DNA of 64,000 bases from Candidatus Sulfotelmatobacter sp. (GTDB taxonomy: Bacteria; Chloroflexota; Limnocylindria; Limnocylindrales; CSP1-4), in NCBI GenBank assembly GCA_035622975.1, contig DASPUH010000133.1, positions 966-64,965 on the forward strand, given 5' to 3'. The position numbers and the translations under genes were made by a program. Below the pieces are notes generated by a model. That model was not told the origin of the DNA, did no database searches, and was given only the letters and a program-made list of their open reading frames with translations. Below are positions 41,326 through 51,135 of the stretch, one piece after another (position 1 is the stretch's first letter; every line of letters starts with the position of its first letter).

Positions 41326-41790
41326 TCAGCGGATGGCGACGACGGTGTAGGTCGAGTCCCCGCCGGGCACCGAGATGATCACCCTGTCGCCCTTGCGGCG
41401 GCCGATGAGGGCCCGCCCCACCGGCGACTCGTTGGAGATGCGCCCATCGCGCGGGGCTGCTTCGGCCGACCCGACGATGGTATAGGTCTCCTTGCCGTCG
41501 GCCGACTCGACGTCCACCGTGGACCCGATCTGCACGAAATCGGTCGAGTGGTGCTCGTCGATGATGATGGCGTTCTTGATGAGCGCCTCCAGGGATTGGA
41601 CACGTCCCTCCACGAAGGCCTGCTCGTTCTTGGCGTCCTCGTACTCCGCGTTCTCGCTCAGGTCGCCGTGCTCCTTGGCGTCCGAGATCCGCGCGGCCAC
41701 TTCGGGGCGGCGCACGTTCTTGAGCTCCTCGAGCTCGTCGCGCAGCTTGGCCAGGCCATCCCTGGAGAGGTAGCTGGGCTTGTTGTTCAC
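41326..41790 (-). CDS. greA: transcription elongation factor GreA
   Basis: 154 aa from GTG (plus CAC 41788-41790) with SD GGGAGGGAG upstream. LRDELEEL...DLSENAEYEDAK...G..V.V. The upstream part of ORF 41326..42138 was rejected. Confidence 0.85.
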   Translation of the reverse strand: MNNKPSYLSRDGLAKLRDELEELKNVRRPEVAARISDAKEHGDLSENAEYEDAKNEQAFVEGRVQSLEALIKNAIIIDEHHSTDFVQIGSTVDVESADGKETYTIVGSAEAAPRDGRISNESPVGRALIGRRKGDRVIISVPGGDSTYTVVAIR

Positions 41791-42052
41791 GAGGGGGCTC
41801 CCTCCCGGGTGACGCGGCCAGCGGCCCGACGGCACGGCCGTCACGGGCCACGAGGTGGTCGTGATAAGCAGAACGAACCCCCGATCGCGCATGGGTCTTG
41901 CGCGTGGGAGTTCGACCGTGCGCGGATTGTAGGAGGGCGCACCCGGAGCGTCAATCGAGCGCCCCCTTCCGACGGGCGCGTTCGGGCCGATGGGCCCTTG
42001 CGGGCCGCGACCGGCCGGTGCTAGAACGACGCCACGGTCAGGAGGTCCGCCA

Positions 42053-42256
42053 ATGGCTGCCAAGGTCGGAGACAGGATCATCGTCGAGTCGGAGAAGGTG
42101 GGCACGCGAGCCCGGGAGGGCGAGATCCTCGAGGTCATCTCCTCGCCGCTCGGAGACCACTACACGGTGCGCTGGGCGGATGGTCACGAGAGCGGGTTCC
42201 GCCCGAGCGCGGGCAGCACCACGATCGTGGCGCCGCGGAGCCCCAAGCCCGCCTGA
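42053..42256 (+). CDS. DUF1918 domain protein
   Basis: 67 aa, MAAKVGDRIIVESEKVGTRAREGEILEV...YTVRWADGHES. AGGAGG SD 7 nt upstream of ATG 42053. Confidence 0.6.
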   Translation: MAAKVGDRIIVESEKVGTRAREGEILEVISSPLGDHYTVRWADGHESGFRPSAGSTTIVAPRSPKPA

Positions 42257-42281
42257 GCCCTTCCGGCAGACGCCTCGGAGG

Positions 42282-43916
42282 TCAGCGAGTGACGGTGGGG
42301 CGGGCGAGGGCGCTCGGACCCACGTCGACGCGATAGAGCGGGCGCAGGTACGGCGCGCTGATGCCGCCGTAGGGCACGTAGATGTCGGCCACGACCGTCA
42401 ACTGGTAGTGGGCGCGGATGGCCTCCACGCCGGCATCGAAGACCTGTAACACGTAGACCTGCCGGCCCGCGGCCGCGTACGCGAGGGCCTTGCCGGCGTT
42501 CTCGGTCAGGGTCAGACCCCTCCCCCTGCCCTCGATCTGCTGGGCATACTCCAGCGGCGTGCGGACGTCCCACAGGTCGAACAGCACGGCGTTCGGGGGC
42601 AGGTCGGCGAGGACCGTGTTCACGAACTGCTGGCCCTGGTCGTTGACGCTCTGGTCGGCCGTCGGCACGGTGTCGACGAACAGGAGGAGCGGCGCCGCCG
42701 CCAGCAGGCCGATGGCGACGCCCCGCGCCAGGTCCAGGGCCCGCCAGCCCTGCCAGGCGCGCTCGACCCGCGCCACGAAGGCTTCGGCCGCCACCCCGAG
42801 GTACAGGGCCATCACCGCCGAGGACGTGAAGAGGTACTGGTCGCGGCGTCCCGGGTCCTCGTTGTTGTCCAGGTAGGCACCGATGAGGAAGACGGCCAGC
42901 AGGATCACCGTGTAGGCGCGATGGGTTCGCCACATGACCGCCAGCCCGAACACCGCCAGGGCCACGGCCGCGATCGCGACGTAGCCGCCGGGCGGGGCGA
43001 GCCAGGTCTGGATCTGGGCGTAGAAGCGGGCTGGCCCGTCGGCCGTGAAGGCGGTCGACTGGCTCGTGAACTGGGAGCCGCTGACGTGGGTCACGAGCGT
43101 CGCCAGGTTGCTCAGGTCGGCGTACATCACCGGCGGCTTGTCCAGCGAGCGCAGCGGCAGGTAGAGGTAGACCGACAGGCCGACCAGGAACTCGAAGGCC
43201 GCCGGCAGCAGGATCCGCGGCTGCTCCATGATCGTGCGCCGCCCCAACCAGAGGGCCCCCAGCACGATCTCGGGGGCCAGCGTGAGCGTGAGCATGTGGT
43301 TGCCGAAGGAGAGGCCAAGCAGCAGGCCGCCCAGCCAAAGGTCGCGCGGCCGTCGGTCCTGCGCCCACACGAGGAGGCGGTGCAGCAGGAGGGCCACGAA
43401 CAGCAGGTGCAGCGTGTGCACCTCGGCGTGGATGGAGTTGAGCCAGATATCGCTCGTGAAGCCCAGGGCCAGCGCGACCGGGGCCGCCACGAGCGGCCGC
43501 ACGTTGAGCCGGGCCAGGATCAAGGTCAGGGTCGCCAGTGCGGCTGCGGTGCAGGCGCCGGACAGCAGGTTCGCCTTGAAGGCCGGTGAACCGGCCGGGA
43601 TCAGGCTGACGAGCGCCCCGAGCAGCGTGTAGGTGGGATAGCCGGTGGGATGCATGATGCCCAGGGTGGCTGGCACGACCTGCGCCTCCGCCCAGTCGCC
43701 GAAGCTGACGCCGCGGATCGCCGTGGCCGCGTAGACGGCGAATGCCAGCCCGCCGACCCCGAGAGCGAACGCACCAGCCACGCCGGGGCGCCGGAGCCAG
43801 GCGGCCCGGAAGAGGTCGCGGACCGGCCGGCCGATGCCGCTCGCCGGCCGTCGCTCAGCTGCCCGCCGCAAGCCGCCTGAGCCGCTGCTGGAGGAGTTGG
43901 CGGGCCGCACGGTCAC
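42282..43916 (-). CDS. DUF2723-family (TMEM260-like) integral membrane protein, putative glycosyltransferase
   Basis: 544 aa, many TM helices. Conserved MHPTGYPTYTLLG motif. The start is uncertain: it overlaps argR by about 60 nt and no alternative start codon was found in the first 40 codons. Confidence 0.55.
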   Translation of the reverse strand: MTVRPANSSSSGSGGLRRAAERRPASGIGRPVRDLFRAAWLRRPGVAGAFALGVGGLAFAVYAATAIRGVSFGDWAEAQVVPATLGIMHPTGYPTYTLLGALVSLIPAGSPAFKANLLSGACTAAALATLTLILARLNVRPLVAAPVALALGFTSDIWLNSIHAEVHTLHLLFVALLLHRLLVWAQDRRPRDLWLGGLLLGLSFGNHMLTLTLAPEIVLGALWLGRRTIMEQPRILLPAAFEFLVGLSVYLYLPLRSLDKPPVMYADLSNLATLVTHVSGSQFTSQSTAFTADGPARFYAQIQTWLAPPGGYVAIAAVALAVFGLAVMWRTHRAYTVILLAVFLIGAYLDNNEDPGRRDQYLFTSSAVMALYLGVAAEAFVARVERAWQGWRALDLARGVAIGLLAAAPLLLFVDTVPTADQSVNDQGQQFVNTVLADLPPNAVLFDLWDVRTPLEYAQQIEGRGRGLTLTENAGKALAYAAAGRQVYVLQVFDAGVEAIRAHYQLTVVADIYVPYGGISAPYLRPLYRVDVGPSALARPTVTR

Positions 43917-44328
43917 GGCAGGCGACGAAGACGGTGTCGTCGCCGGCGATGGTCCCGATCACCTCGGGCCATGGCGTCCGGTCCAGGGCGTTGGCCAGCG
44001 CGTGGGCCGAGCCGGGCAGCGTCCGCACGACGAGCAGCAGCCCGGCCGCCCGCACCTCGAAGGGCAGATCGCGCACGAGGGCCCGGAGGCGCTCCTCCGC
44101 CGTGGCCTCGGCATCCGCACCGCGGGCGGGCAGGGCGTACGCCAGCACGCCCTCGCGCGGTGTCTTGTGCAGCCCGAGCTCGCTGACGTCGCGGCTGATC
44201 GTGGCCTGGGTCGCGCGGAAGCCCCGCTCGCGCAGGGCGGCCGCGAGTTCCAGCTGCGTGCGGATGCGCCGGCGCGTGATCAGGTCGCGGATGGCCTGGT
44301 GCCGCAGGCCCTTCATGACTTCCACCAC
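43855..44328 (-). CDS. argR: arginine repressor
   Basis: 157 aa. N-terminal wHTH (RHQAIRDLITRRRIRTQLELAAALRERGFRATQATISRDVSELGL) and C-terminal oligomerisation/arginine-binding domain (GTIAGDDTVFV). Confidence 0.85.
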   Translation of the reverse strand: MVEVMKGLRHQAIRDLITRRRIRTQLELAAALRERGFRATQATISRDVSELGLHKTPREGVLAYALPARGADAEATAEERLRALVRDLPFEVRAAGLLLVVRTLPGSAHALANALDRTPWPEVIGTIAGDDTVFVACRDRAARQLLQQRLRRLAAGS

Positions 44329-44374
44329 GACAGCCTAGCGCGACCGGCGTCACGGCCTCAGGCGGATCAGCGCC

Positions 44375-45205
44375 TCAGCGGGCCAGGAGCCACACCACCA
44401 CGACGGCCGCGGCGACGAGGCGGTAGCCCACGAAGATGTCGTAGCTGTGCCGGCGGAGGTACCCCAGCATGCCCACGATGGCGATCACGCCGGCCACGAC
44501 GGCGGCCAGGAAGCCTACCGCGAGCGGCCCCACGTCGGCGCCGGCAAGTCCCCCGCCCAGCAGCTCGCGGCCCTTCCAGACGCCGGCCCCGGCGATGATC
44601 GGGACGGCCATGAGGAACGAGAAGCGCGCCGCGGCCTCCCGCGTGAGGCCCAGGTAGAGGCCGCTGGAGATGGTGATACCCGAACGGGAGATGCCCGGGA
44701 AGAGGGCCAGCGCCTGGGCCGCGCCGATGACGACCGCGTCGCGGATGCCCAGCCCCTCGAGCTGCCGGGACTGGGTGCCGATGCGGTCGGCCAGCCACAG
44801 GATCGCCGCGCCGACCAGCATGAGCACGACCAGGAAGGCGGCGCTGTGCTCACGGAAGAAGGTGTCGAAGAAGTTCTCGCCGAGGGCCCCCAGCAGGGCC
44901 CCGGGGATGATCGTGATCAGCAGCAGCCAGGAGAGGCGGCGGTCCGGATCGTCGCCGATGCGCCGTTCGGCGAGCGACGCCAGCCAGGCGCGCAGGTAGC
45001 GCCACAGGTCGGCCCAGAAGTAGAGCAGCAGGGCCACCAGGGTGCCCATGTGGAGCATCACGTCGAAGGCGGCCGAGTTGATGAACGGGTCGTTCCAGCC
45101 CAGCAGCTCGGGCGCCACGATGAGGTGCCACGACGACGAGATGGGCAGGAACTCGGTCAGGCCCTGCACGATGCCGAGCACGGCGGCCTGGATGAGCAGA
45201 TCCAT
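44375..45205 (-). CDS. uppP: undecaprenyl-diphosphate phosphatase
   Basis: 276 aa. UppP/BacA motifs (QGLTEFLPISSSWHL, PGISRSG), 8 TM. Confidence 0.88.
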   Translation of the reverse strand: MDLLIQAAVLGIVQGLTEFLPISSSWHLIVAPELLGWNDPFINSAAFDVMLHMGTLVALLLYFWADLWRYLRAWLASLAERRIGDDPDRRLSWLLLITIIPGALLGALGENFFDTFFREHSAAFLVVLMLVGAAILWLADRIGTQSRQLEGLGIRDAVVIGAAQALALFPGISRSGITISSGLYLGLTREAAARFSFLMAVPIIAGAGVWKGRELLGGGLAGADVGPLAVGFLAAVVAGVIAIVGMLGYLRRHSYDIFVGYRLVAAAVVVVWLLAR

Positions 45206-45229
45206 GGGTGTTCCCTTGGCGGGGCGCGA

Positions 45230-47452
45230 CTAGCGGATGAAGAGCGGCGCCAGGACCAGCGTCAGGGTGGCCAGCAGCTTGACCAGCACGTGCAGCGACG
45301 GACCGGCGGTGTCCTTGAAGGGGTCACCCACGGTGTCGCCCACGACAGCCGCCGCGTGGGCGTCGGTCTTCTTGCCGATGACCGCCCCGGTGGCGTCCTT
45401 GAGCTGCCCCGACTCGATGTACTTCTTGGCGTTGTCCCACGCGCCGCCACCGTTGTTGAGGACGGTGGCCAGCATCACGCCCGCGATGGTGCCCACGATC
45501 AGCAGGCCGGCCGCGGCCTGGTAGCCCAGGAGCACGCCGACGATGATCGGGGTCGCGACCGCGACGGCGCCCGGGGCGATCATCTCGCGCAGCGCGGCGC
45601 GCGTCGTGATATCGACGACCCGCGCGTAGTCGGGCCGCTGCTTGTACTCCATGATGCCGGGCATCTCGCGGAACTGGCGCCGCACCTCGACGATGATCGA
45701 GCCGGCCGCACGACCCACGGCGCGGATGGCCAGCGAGCTGAAGAAGAAGGTCAGCATGGCCCCGATCAGGGCCGCGGCGAAGACCGGCACCTCGTCCACG
45801 TTGACGGCCGTCATCAGGTGCACGTTGGTCGCCCCGCCGGCGATCTGGCGGCTGAGGATCAGGTTGACCTTGTCGATGTAGGCGTTGAAGAGCAGGAACG
45901 CGGCAAGGCTGGCGGAGGCGATGGCGTAGCCCTTGGTGAGAGCCTTGGTCGTGTTGCCCACGGCGTCCAGCCGGTCGGTGATCTCGCGCGCGCCGCCCTC
46001 CGCCTGGGCGAACTCGGCGATGCCGCCGGCGTTGTCGGTGATCGGCCCGAAGGTGTCCATGGCCAGGATGTAGGCGGTCGTCATGAGCATGCCCATGGTG
46101 GCCACGGCGGTGCCGAAGATGCCGCCGACATCATTGCCGCTGGCGTCGACGAGGTGCGCCTGCTGGCCCAGGAAGTGGCTCAGGAGCAGTGCCGCGCCGA
46201 TGCTCAGGGCGGTCATGCCGGTCGTCTCGAAGCCGACCGCGGTGCCGGCGATGATGTTGGTGGCGGGGCCGGTCTTGCTGGCCTCGGCGATGTCCTTGAC
46301 CGGGCGGTGGGCCCCCGCGGTGTAGTACTGGGTGATGTAGACGAAGGCGATGCTCGTGGCCAGGCCGACCACGCCGCAGCCGAAGAACCAGACCCAGGCG
46401 GGGATGCCGTTGGCGCCGTTGACCGAGCCCGTCTGCATCATCACGTTGGTCACGATGAGCAGCCCCACCGCGGACAGGGCGGTCGTCACCCAGTAGCCCC
46501 GGTTGAGCATGTTCATGGGGTCCTCATCCTCGCGGCCGCGGATGAAGAAGATCGACACGATGGTCGCCAGCAGGCCGAAGCCGCGCACGACGAGGGGGAA
46601 GAAGATCCACGACTCGGGGTTGGGCCAGCCGGCCGCCTGGGCGATGCCGTAGACGGCGACGCCCAGGATCATGGCCCCGATGTTCTCGGCCGCCGTGGAC
46701 TCGAAGAGGTCGGCCCCGCGGCCGGCGCAGTCGCCCACGTTGTCGCCCACCAGGTCGGCGATCACCGCGGCGTTGCGCGGGTCGTCCTCCGGGATGCCCT
46801 TCTCCACCTTGCCCACGAGGTCGGAACCCACGTCAGCGGCCTTGGTGTAGATGCCGCCGCCGAGCTGCGCGAAGAGGGCCACGAACGAGGCGCCGAAGCC
46901 GTAGCCCACGATGAGGAAGGGCGCCTGCGACGGCTTGTCCAGCCCGCCGAAGAGCACGAACATCGACCACACGCCCAGGAGCGACAGGGCCACCACGAGG
47001 AAGCCGGAGACGGCGCCCCCGCGCATCGCCACCTGCACCGCCGTGACGAGGCTGGAGCGGGCGGCCGCGGCCGTCCGGACGTTGGACTTGACGCTGATGA
47101 ACATGCCGATGATGCCGGACGCCATGGAGCACGCCGCGCCGACCAGGAAGGCGATGCCGGTGCGGATGCCCAGGTCCACGCCGTAGATGTCGGTGTCCGC
47201 GACGGCCTTGCCCTCCACGAGGCTGATGACCACGGCCACCACGACCGCCACCACGAGGGCCAGGAGGGCGATCGTCATGTACTGGCGGCGGATGAACGCG
47301 ATGGCGCCCTCGTAGATCGTGCCCGCCACGTCCTGCATCGCCGCCGTGCCCTGGTCGCGCGACAGCACGTCGCGGGCCAGGTAGATGGCGAAGAGGACCG
47401 CGGCGAGACCCGCGACCGGGATGATCCATTGGATCGCGGATGCGATCTGCAC
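45230..47452 (-). CDS. hppA: membrane-bound H+(or Na+)-translocating pyrophosphatase
   Basis: 740 aa, about 16 TM. Signature motifs GGGIYTKAADVGSDLVGK, DNVGDCAGRGADLFES, GDTVGDPFKDT. Confidence 0.9.
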   Translation of the reverse strand: MQIASAIQWIIPVAGLAAVLFAIYLARDVLSRDQGTAAMQDVAGTIYEGAIAFIRRQYMTIALLALVVAVVVAVVISLVEGKAVADTDIYGVDLGIRTGIAFLVGAACSMASGIIGMFISVKSNVRTAAAARSSLVTAVQVAMRGGAVSGFLVVALSLLGVWSMFVLFGGLDKPSQAPFLIVGYGFGASFVALFAQLGGGIYTKAADVGSDLVGKVEKGIPEDDPRNAAVIADLVGDNVGDCAGRGADLFESTAAENIGAMILGVAVYGIAQAAGWPNPESWIFFPLVVRGFGLLATIVSIFFIRGREDEDPMNMLNRGYWVTTALSAVGLLIVTNVMMQTGSVNGANGIPAWVWFFGCGVVGLATSIAFVYITQYYTAGAHRPVKDIAEASKTGPATNIIAGTAVGFETTGMTALSIGAALLLSHFLGQQAHLVDASGNDVGGIFGTAVATMGMLMTTAYILAMDTFGPITDNAGGIAEFAQAEGGAREITDRLDAVGNTTKALTKGYAIASASLAAFLLFNAYIDKVNLILSRQIAGGATNVHLMTAVNVDEVPVFAAALIGAMLTFFFSSLAIRAVGRAAGSIIVEVRRQFREMPGIMEYKQRPDYARVVDITTRAALREMIAPGAVAVATPIIVGVLLGYQAAAGLLIVGTIAGVMLATVLNNGGGAWDNAKKYIESGQLKDATGAVIGKKTDAHAAAVVGDTVGDPFKDTAGPSLHVLVKLLATLTLVLAPLFIR

Positions 47453-47713
47453 CGTGGAACGCCTCCTCGTGTCGACCGTTCAGGCGGGCCGGTCATCCGA
47501 CCGGCGACGTGGGATCCGTGAGGGTCCGCTCGGGCTGACGGGCCGCGTCCCTCATGCGGCCACCAGTGCCCCGCAGACAAGCAACGAGACCCCCGACGGG
47601 GGCCTCGCACACCGGGCGGAGTGTAGCAACGCCGCACGGCGACGGTCAAACCGCGTCATGCGGGACCCGGCTGCCGCGGTCGAAGGGGATGCCGCCCGTA
47701 TACTCCTCGTCCT

Positions 47714-48388
47714 GTGGATAGACGCCAGTGGGGTTGCCTCTTCGAGGTCCTCGAAACCCTCGTCCTCACGATCGTGATCTTCCTGCTCATCCAGAACTTC
47801 GTCGCTCAGCCCTACCAGGTCGAGCAGCAGAGCATGGAGCACACGCTCGAGCCCGGGCAGTACGTGCTCGTCGACAAGCTCACGCCCCGCTTCAACGACT
47901 ACCAGCGCGGCGACATCATCGTCTTCGACCCGCCCGGCTCGGCCGCGTCCGATCCGACCCAGGTGCCCTTCATCAAGCGCATCATCGGCCTGCCGGGCGA
48001 TCGCATCGACTTCCGCAACGGCGATGTCTACGTCAACGGCGTCCAGCTCGACGAGCCGTACATCTACGACGGCCAGCCCACGCAGGCGGGGGCCCAGGGC
48101 TCGACCGTGGTCGTGCCCGCCGGGTCCTACTTCGGCCTGGGCGACCACCGGGCGAACTCCACCGACTCGCGGGTCTTCGGCTTCATCCCCCGGGCGAACA
48201 TCATCGGGCGGGCGTGGTTGCGCTACTGGCCCCTCAATGACCTCGGCATCCTGAGCACGCCGACCTACGCCAACGTGCCGCCGGCCGGCTCGGCGTTCGA
48301 TCCCGCGGCAGGCCTGGCCATCCTGAGCTTCGGGCTGGCCGGGGTGGCCATGGCCGGCATCCGCGGAATCCGCGCCCGCATCGCCTGA
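47714..48388 (+). CDS. lepB: signal peptidase I
   Basis: 224 aa, GTG start. N-terminal TM, then catalytic Ser box SMEHTL. GDIIVF, KRIIGLPGD, GDHRANSTDSR (Lys/Asp boxes). Extra C-terminal hydrophobic segment. Confidence 0.85.
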   Translation: MDRRQWGCLFEVLETLVLTIVIFLLIQNFVAQPYQVEQQSMEHTLEPGQYVLVDKLTPRFNDYQRGDIIVFDPPGSAASDPTQVPFIKRIIGLPGDRIDFRNGDVYVNGVQLDEPYIYDGQPTQAGAQGSTVVVPAGSYFGLGDHRANSTDSRVFGFIPRANIIGRAWLRYWPLNDLGILSTPTYANVPPAGSAFDPAAGLAILSFGLAGVAMAGIRGIRARIA

Positions 48389-48399
48389 CGCCTCGCCCG

Positions 48400-49020
48400 A
48401 TGCCTGTCGTGCCCGTGCTCGCCGCGCTGGTGGCCATCACCGGCGCCGTGGTGGCGGTCCTGGCCACCGACTCGCGCCGCATGACGGTGGCGACCGGCAC
48501 GGCCCTCCTCGCAGCGCCATTCGTGGCCGACCCGCTGCCCCAGCCACTGGCCCTCGGCGCCCGCCTCGTCGGCGCCGCCCTCGCCGCCTACCTGCTGTGG
48601 ACGGCCACGCGACAGGCGGCGCCACTCCTGGGCCCGCTCCCGTTGGCGGGGCGCGGGGAAGCCGCCTTCGTGGTCGCCGCCGTCGCCATCGGGCTGCTGG
48701 CCGACTCCGTCACGTCCGAGGCGCTCGGGCCGATGGCCGCCCTCGCCGCGGGCGGTGGCCTCCTCATCGGCGGGCTGGATCTCCTCGCCTTCGGCCATGA
48801 CGGGATGCGCCTGGGCATCGGCGCGCTGCTCGCCCTGACCGGCGCCTCCCTCGTCCTCGTGGAGCTGGGCGGCACGCCGGGTGCGGGCCTGGAGGCGGGC
48901 CTCGCCGTCGCCACGGCGGCGGTCGCCGGCGCGGCCGCATGGCTGACCGTGACGACCGTGGGCAGCCGTCGCGAGATGCGGCTGGCGGACCGACACGGCG
49001 ACCTGCGCGACATCGGCTGA
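48400..49020 (+). CDS. hypothetical integral membrane protein
   Basis: 206 aa, Ala/Leu-rich, 5-6 predicted TM helices. No motif recognised. 12-nt gap after lepB. Confidence 0.4.
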   Translation: MPVVPVLAALVAITGAVVAVLATDSRRMTVATGTALLAAPFVADPLPQPLALGARLVGAALAAYLLWTATRQAAPLLGPLPLAGRGEAAFVVAAVAIGLLADSVTSEALGPMAALAAGGGLLIGGLDLLAFGHDGMRLGIGALLALTGASLVLVELGGTPGAGLEAGLAVATAAVAGAAAWLTVTTVGSRREMRLADRHGDLRDIG

Positions 49021-49041
49021 AGCGACCACCCCCGCCCGCCC

Positions 49042-50661
49042 GTGATGCTCCTCGCCTTCATCGTCACGGCCGGGGCGGGCACCGCTGCCTGGTGGCTGGC
49101 GGGCCGCTCGCCAGCGGCGCGGACCGTGGTGAGCCTCGTGGCCCTGGCCGCGTGCGTGGCGTTGGCTCGCGCCATGCCGAGCGGTGGCGTGAGCCTCTTC
49201 GGCGATGATGCCCTCCAGGCGACCGACTACCTGCGCCTCTGGCTGCTGAGCGGCTCGACGGCGGCCCTCCTCCTGGCCCTGCTGGCCGGCGTCCTCGGCC
49301 GCTCATCGCGCCTGGTGCCCGCGGCCCTCCTCCTGCTCGGCGGCACGGCCGCGGCACTCTCCCTGACCGATGCCGGCGGCGCGCTGCTTTTGGTCGTGGC
49401 CACGACGACCCTGGTCGGCGTCCTGGCCCTCAGCGATGGCTCGGGACGCCAGGGCGCGGGATCACTGAACGTGCTGCGCCTGCCCGTCACGGTGGCGGTG
49501 CTGGGCCTGCTGGGCGTCGCCTGGGCCTCGGTCGGCGGCCTGGGCGAGCAACCGACCACGATGCTGGCGGCCTTCGCCCTGGGCGGGGCAGCGCTCATCA
49601 TCGGTACCGGAGCGGTGCCCTTCCACCTGCCCCTGGCCCGCCAGGGCGAGGCCGTGGCACGGCCGCTCCTGCCGCTCATCCTCGGTTGGCTGCCGGCGGT
49701 GCTGGCGGTGGTCCTGCTCGAGTGGTCGGGGGCCCGGCTGGTGCCGCTCACGCCGGAGCTGGGGCTGGTGCAGGCGGCCGTCATGGGGCTGGCGCTGCTC
49801 ACGCTCGCGGCAGCGACGGTCGCCATGCTGCTCCAGGAGGACCTGGGTCACGTCGTCACGTACGCGGGCCTGCAGGGCCTGGCTTTCGGGCTGCTGGGCT
49901 ACGCCAGTGTCGACGGCCAGGCCCAGGCGAGCGCCCGCCAGGTGCTGCTGCTGCTGCCCCTCTGGCTGGCCGCCCTCGTCGGCGTGCTGCTCGTCCTGGA
50001 GACCGTGGGCGGCGGCTCGCAGCTGAAGGCGTTGGCGGGCTGGGTGCGCCGGGCGCCGGTGACCGCCGTGGCGCTGGCGATCGCCGTGGCAGTGGCGATC
50101 GGCCTGCCCGGCTCGGCCGCCTTCGCCGCCCGCAGCTCGGTCGCCGACCTGGCCCTGGGCCCTACCCTCGGCTCGATCGCGCTCCTGCTGTCCGTCGCCT
50201 CGGTAGCAGCCTGGGTGCGGCTCGCGTGGGAGGGCCTGCGGCCGACGGGGACAGGCTGGGGCGCCGCGGAGCGGCCGGTCCTGGCGGTCGCCTCGAACGG
50301 GGGCAAAGCCGGCGGCCTCGCCGCCAGCTTCGCCCGCGCCCAGGGATCGCTGGCCGCCAACCGCATCCCGATCGCGGCCGTGCTGGCCCTGCTCCTCGCC
50401 ATCCTGCCGCTCGCCATGAGCCTGGGCTTCGGCCATCTCGACGCGGCCGCGGCGGGACCGCTGCCGGTCGCCAGCGTGCGTCCCGTCCCGCCGACCGCGT
50501 CCCCGAGCCCGACGATCACGCCCGAGCCCACGCCCACGCCCACCCCGACGCCACCGAGCGGCTTCCCGCCGACCCCGACGCCGGGCCCGTCCAGTTCCCC
50601 TTCGCCGACCGCGGTGCCCGTGCCGTCGAGCCCCGTGCCCACCTCGTCGATCGGCGACTAG
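49042..50661 (+). CDS. divergent proton-conducting membrane transporter (NuoN/MnhD-like) family protein with Pro/Thr-rich C-terminal tail
   Basis: 539 aa polytopic. Segment GTGAVPFHLPLARQGEAVARPLLPLILGW resembles the NuoN/L/M signature VPFHxWLPDAxxGxPTPVSALI but is degenerate. Last about 80 aa is a PT-rich low-complexity tail (PTPTPTPTPPSGFPPTPTPGPSSSPSPT). Confidence 0.4.
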   Translation: MMLLAFIVTAGAGTAAWWLAGRSPAARTVVSLVALAACVALARAMPSGGVSLFGDDALQATDYLRLWLLSGSTAALLLALLAGVLGRSSRLVPAALLLLGGTAAALSLTDAGGALLLVVATTTLVGVLALSDGSGRQGAGSLNVLRLPVTVAVLGLLGVAWASVGGLGEQPTTMLAAFALGGAALIIGTGAVPFHLPLARQGEAVARPLLPLILGWLPAVLAVVLLEWSGARLVPLTPELGLVQAAVMGLALLTLAAATVAMLLQEDLGHVVTYAGLQGLAFGLLGYASVDGQAQASARQVLLLLPLWLAALVGVLLVLETVGGGSQLKALAGWVRRAPVTAVALAIAVAVAIGLPGSAAFAARSSVADLALGPTLGSIALLLSVASVAAWVRLAWEGLRPTGTGWGAAERPVLAVASNGGKAGGLAASFARAQGSLAANRIPIAAVLALLLAILPLAMSLGFGHLDAAAAGPLPVASVRPVPPTASPSPTITPEPTPTPTPTPPSGFPPTPTPGPSSSPSPTAVPVPSSPVPTSSIGD

Positions 50662-50670
50662 CCCGAAGGG

Positions 50671-51135
50671 TCAGCCCTCGTCGGGAGCGATGACCCAGCG
50701 ATCGATGTCGCGGTCGTAGGGCAGGAGCTCGTCCGGCCGGAACCACAGCGCCAGTTCCTGCACCGCCGTCTCCGGGCCGTCCGAGGCATGGACCAGGTTC
50801 TGCGCCGTTTCCAGGGCGAAGTCGCCGCGGATCGTGCCGGGAGCGGCCTGCACAGGGCGTGTCGCGCCGTTGATGGTGCGCACGTTGGCGATCGCGTCGG
50901 GTCCTTCGAGCGCGACGGCCACGAGCGGCCCGGTGGTGATGAAGGCGACGAGGCCGGCGAAGAACGGCTTGTCGCGGTGCACGGCGTAGTGGGCCTCGGC
51001 CATGGCCCGGTCGATGTGGACGAGCTTGAGGCCGATGATCTTGAGCCCGCGCTCCTCGTAGCGCGTCAGGACGCGTCCGACGAGCTGGCGCTGCACGCCA
51101 TCCGGCTTGATGAGGACGAGGGTGCGTTCGATCAC
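50671..51135 (-). CDS. ndk: nucleoside-diphosphate kinase
   Basis: 154 aa. ERTLVLIKPDGVQR...NVRTINGATRP..GTIRGDF...N.VHASD (active His). Confidence 0.92.
   Translation of the reverse strand: MIERTLVLIKPDGVQRQLVGRVLTRYEERGLKIIGLKLVHIDRAMAEAHYAVHRDKPFFAGLVAFITTGPLVAVALEGPDAIANVRTINGATRPVQAAPGTIRGDFALETAQNLVHASDGPETAVQELALWFRPDELLPYDRDIDRWVIAPDEG

Noticed and set aside
44447-47521. 1024-aa plus-strand ORF
   Set aside because: Antisense to uppP and hppA. Composition-biased (R/G/D/H-rich), no domains.
50661-50700. Possible terminator hairpin after the NuoN-like gene (CCCGAAGGGTCAGCCCTCGTCGGG)
   Set aside because: Only a 3-4 bp stem can form and there is no U-tract. It also overlaps the convergent ndk 3' end. 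Not convincing.
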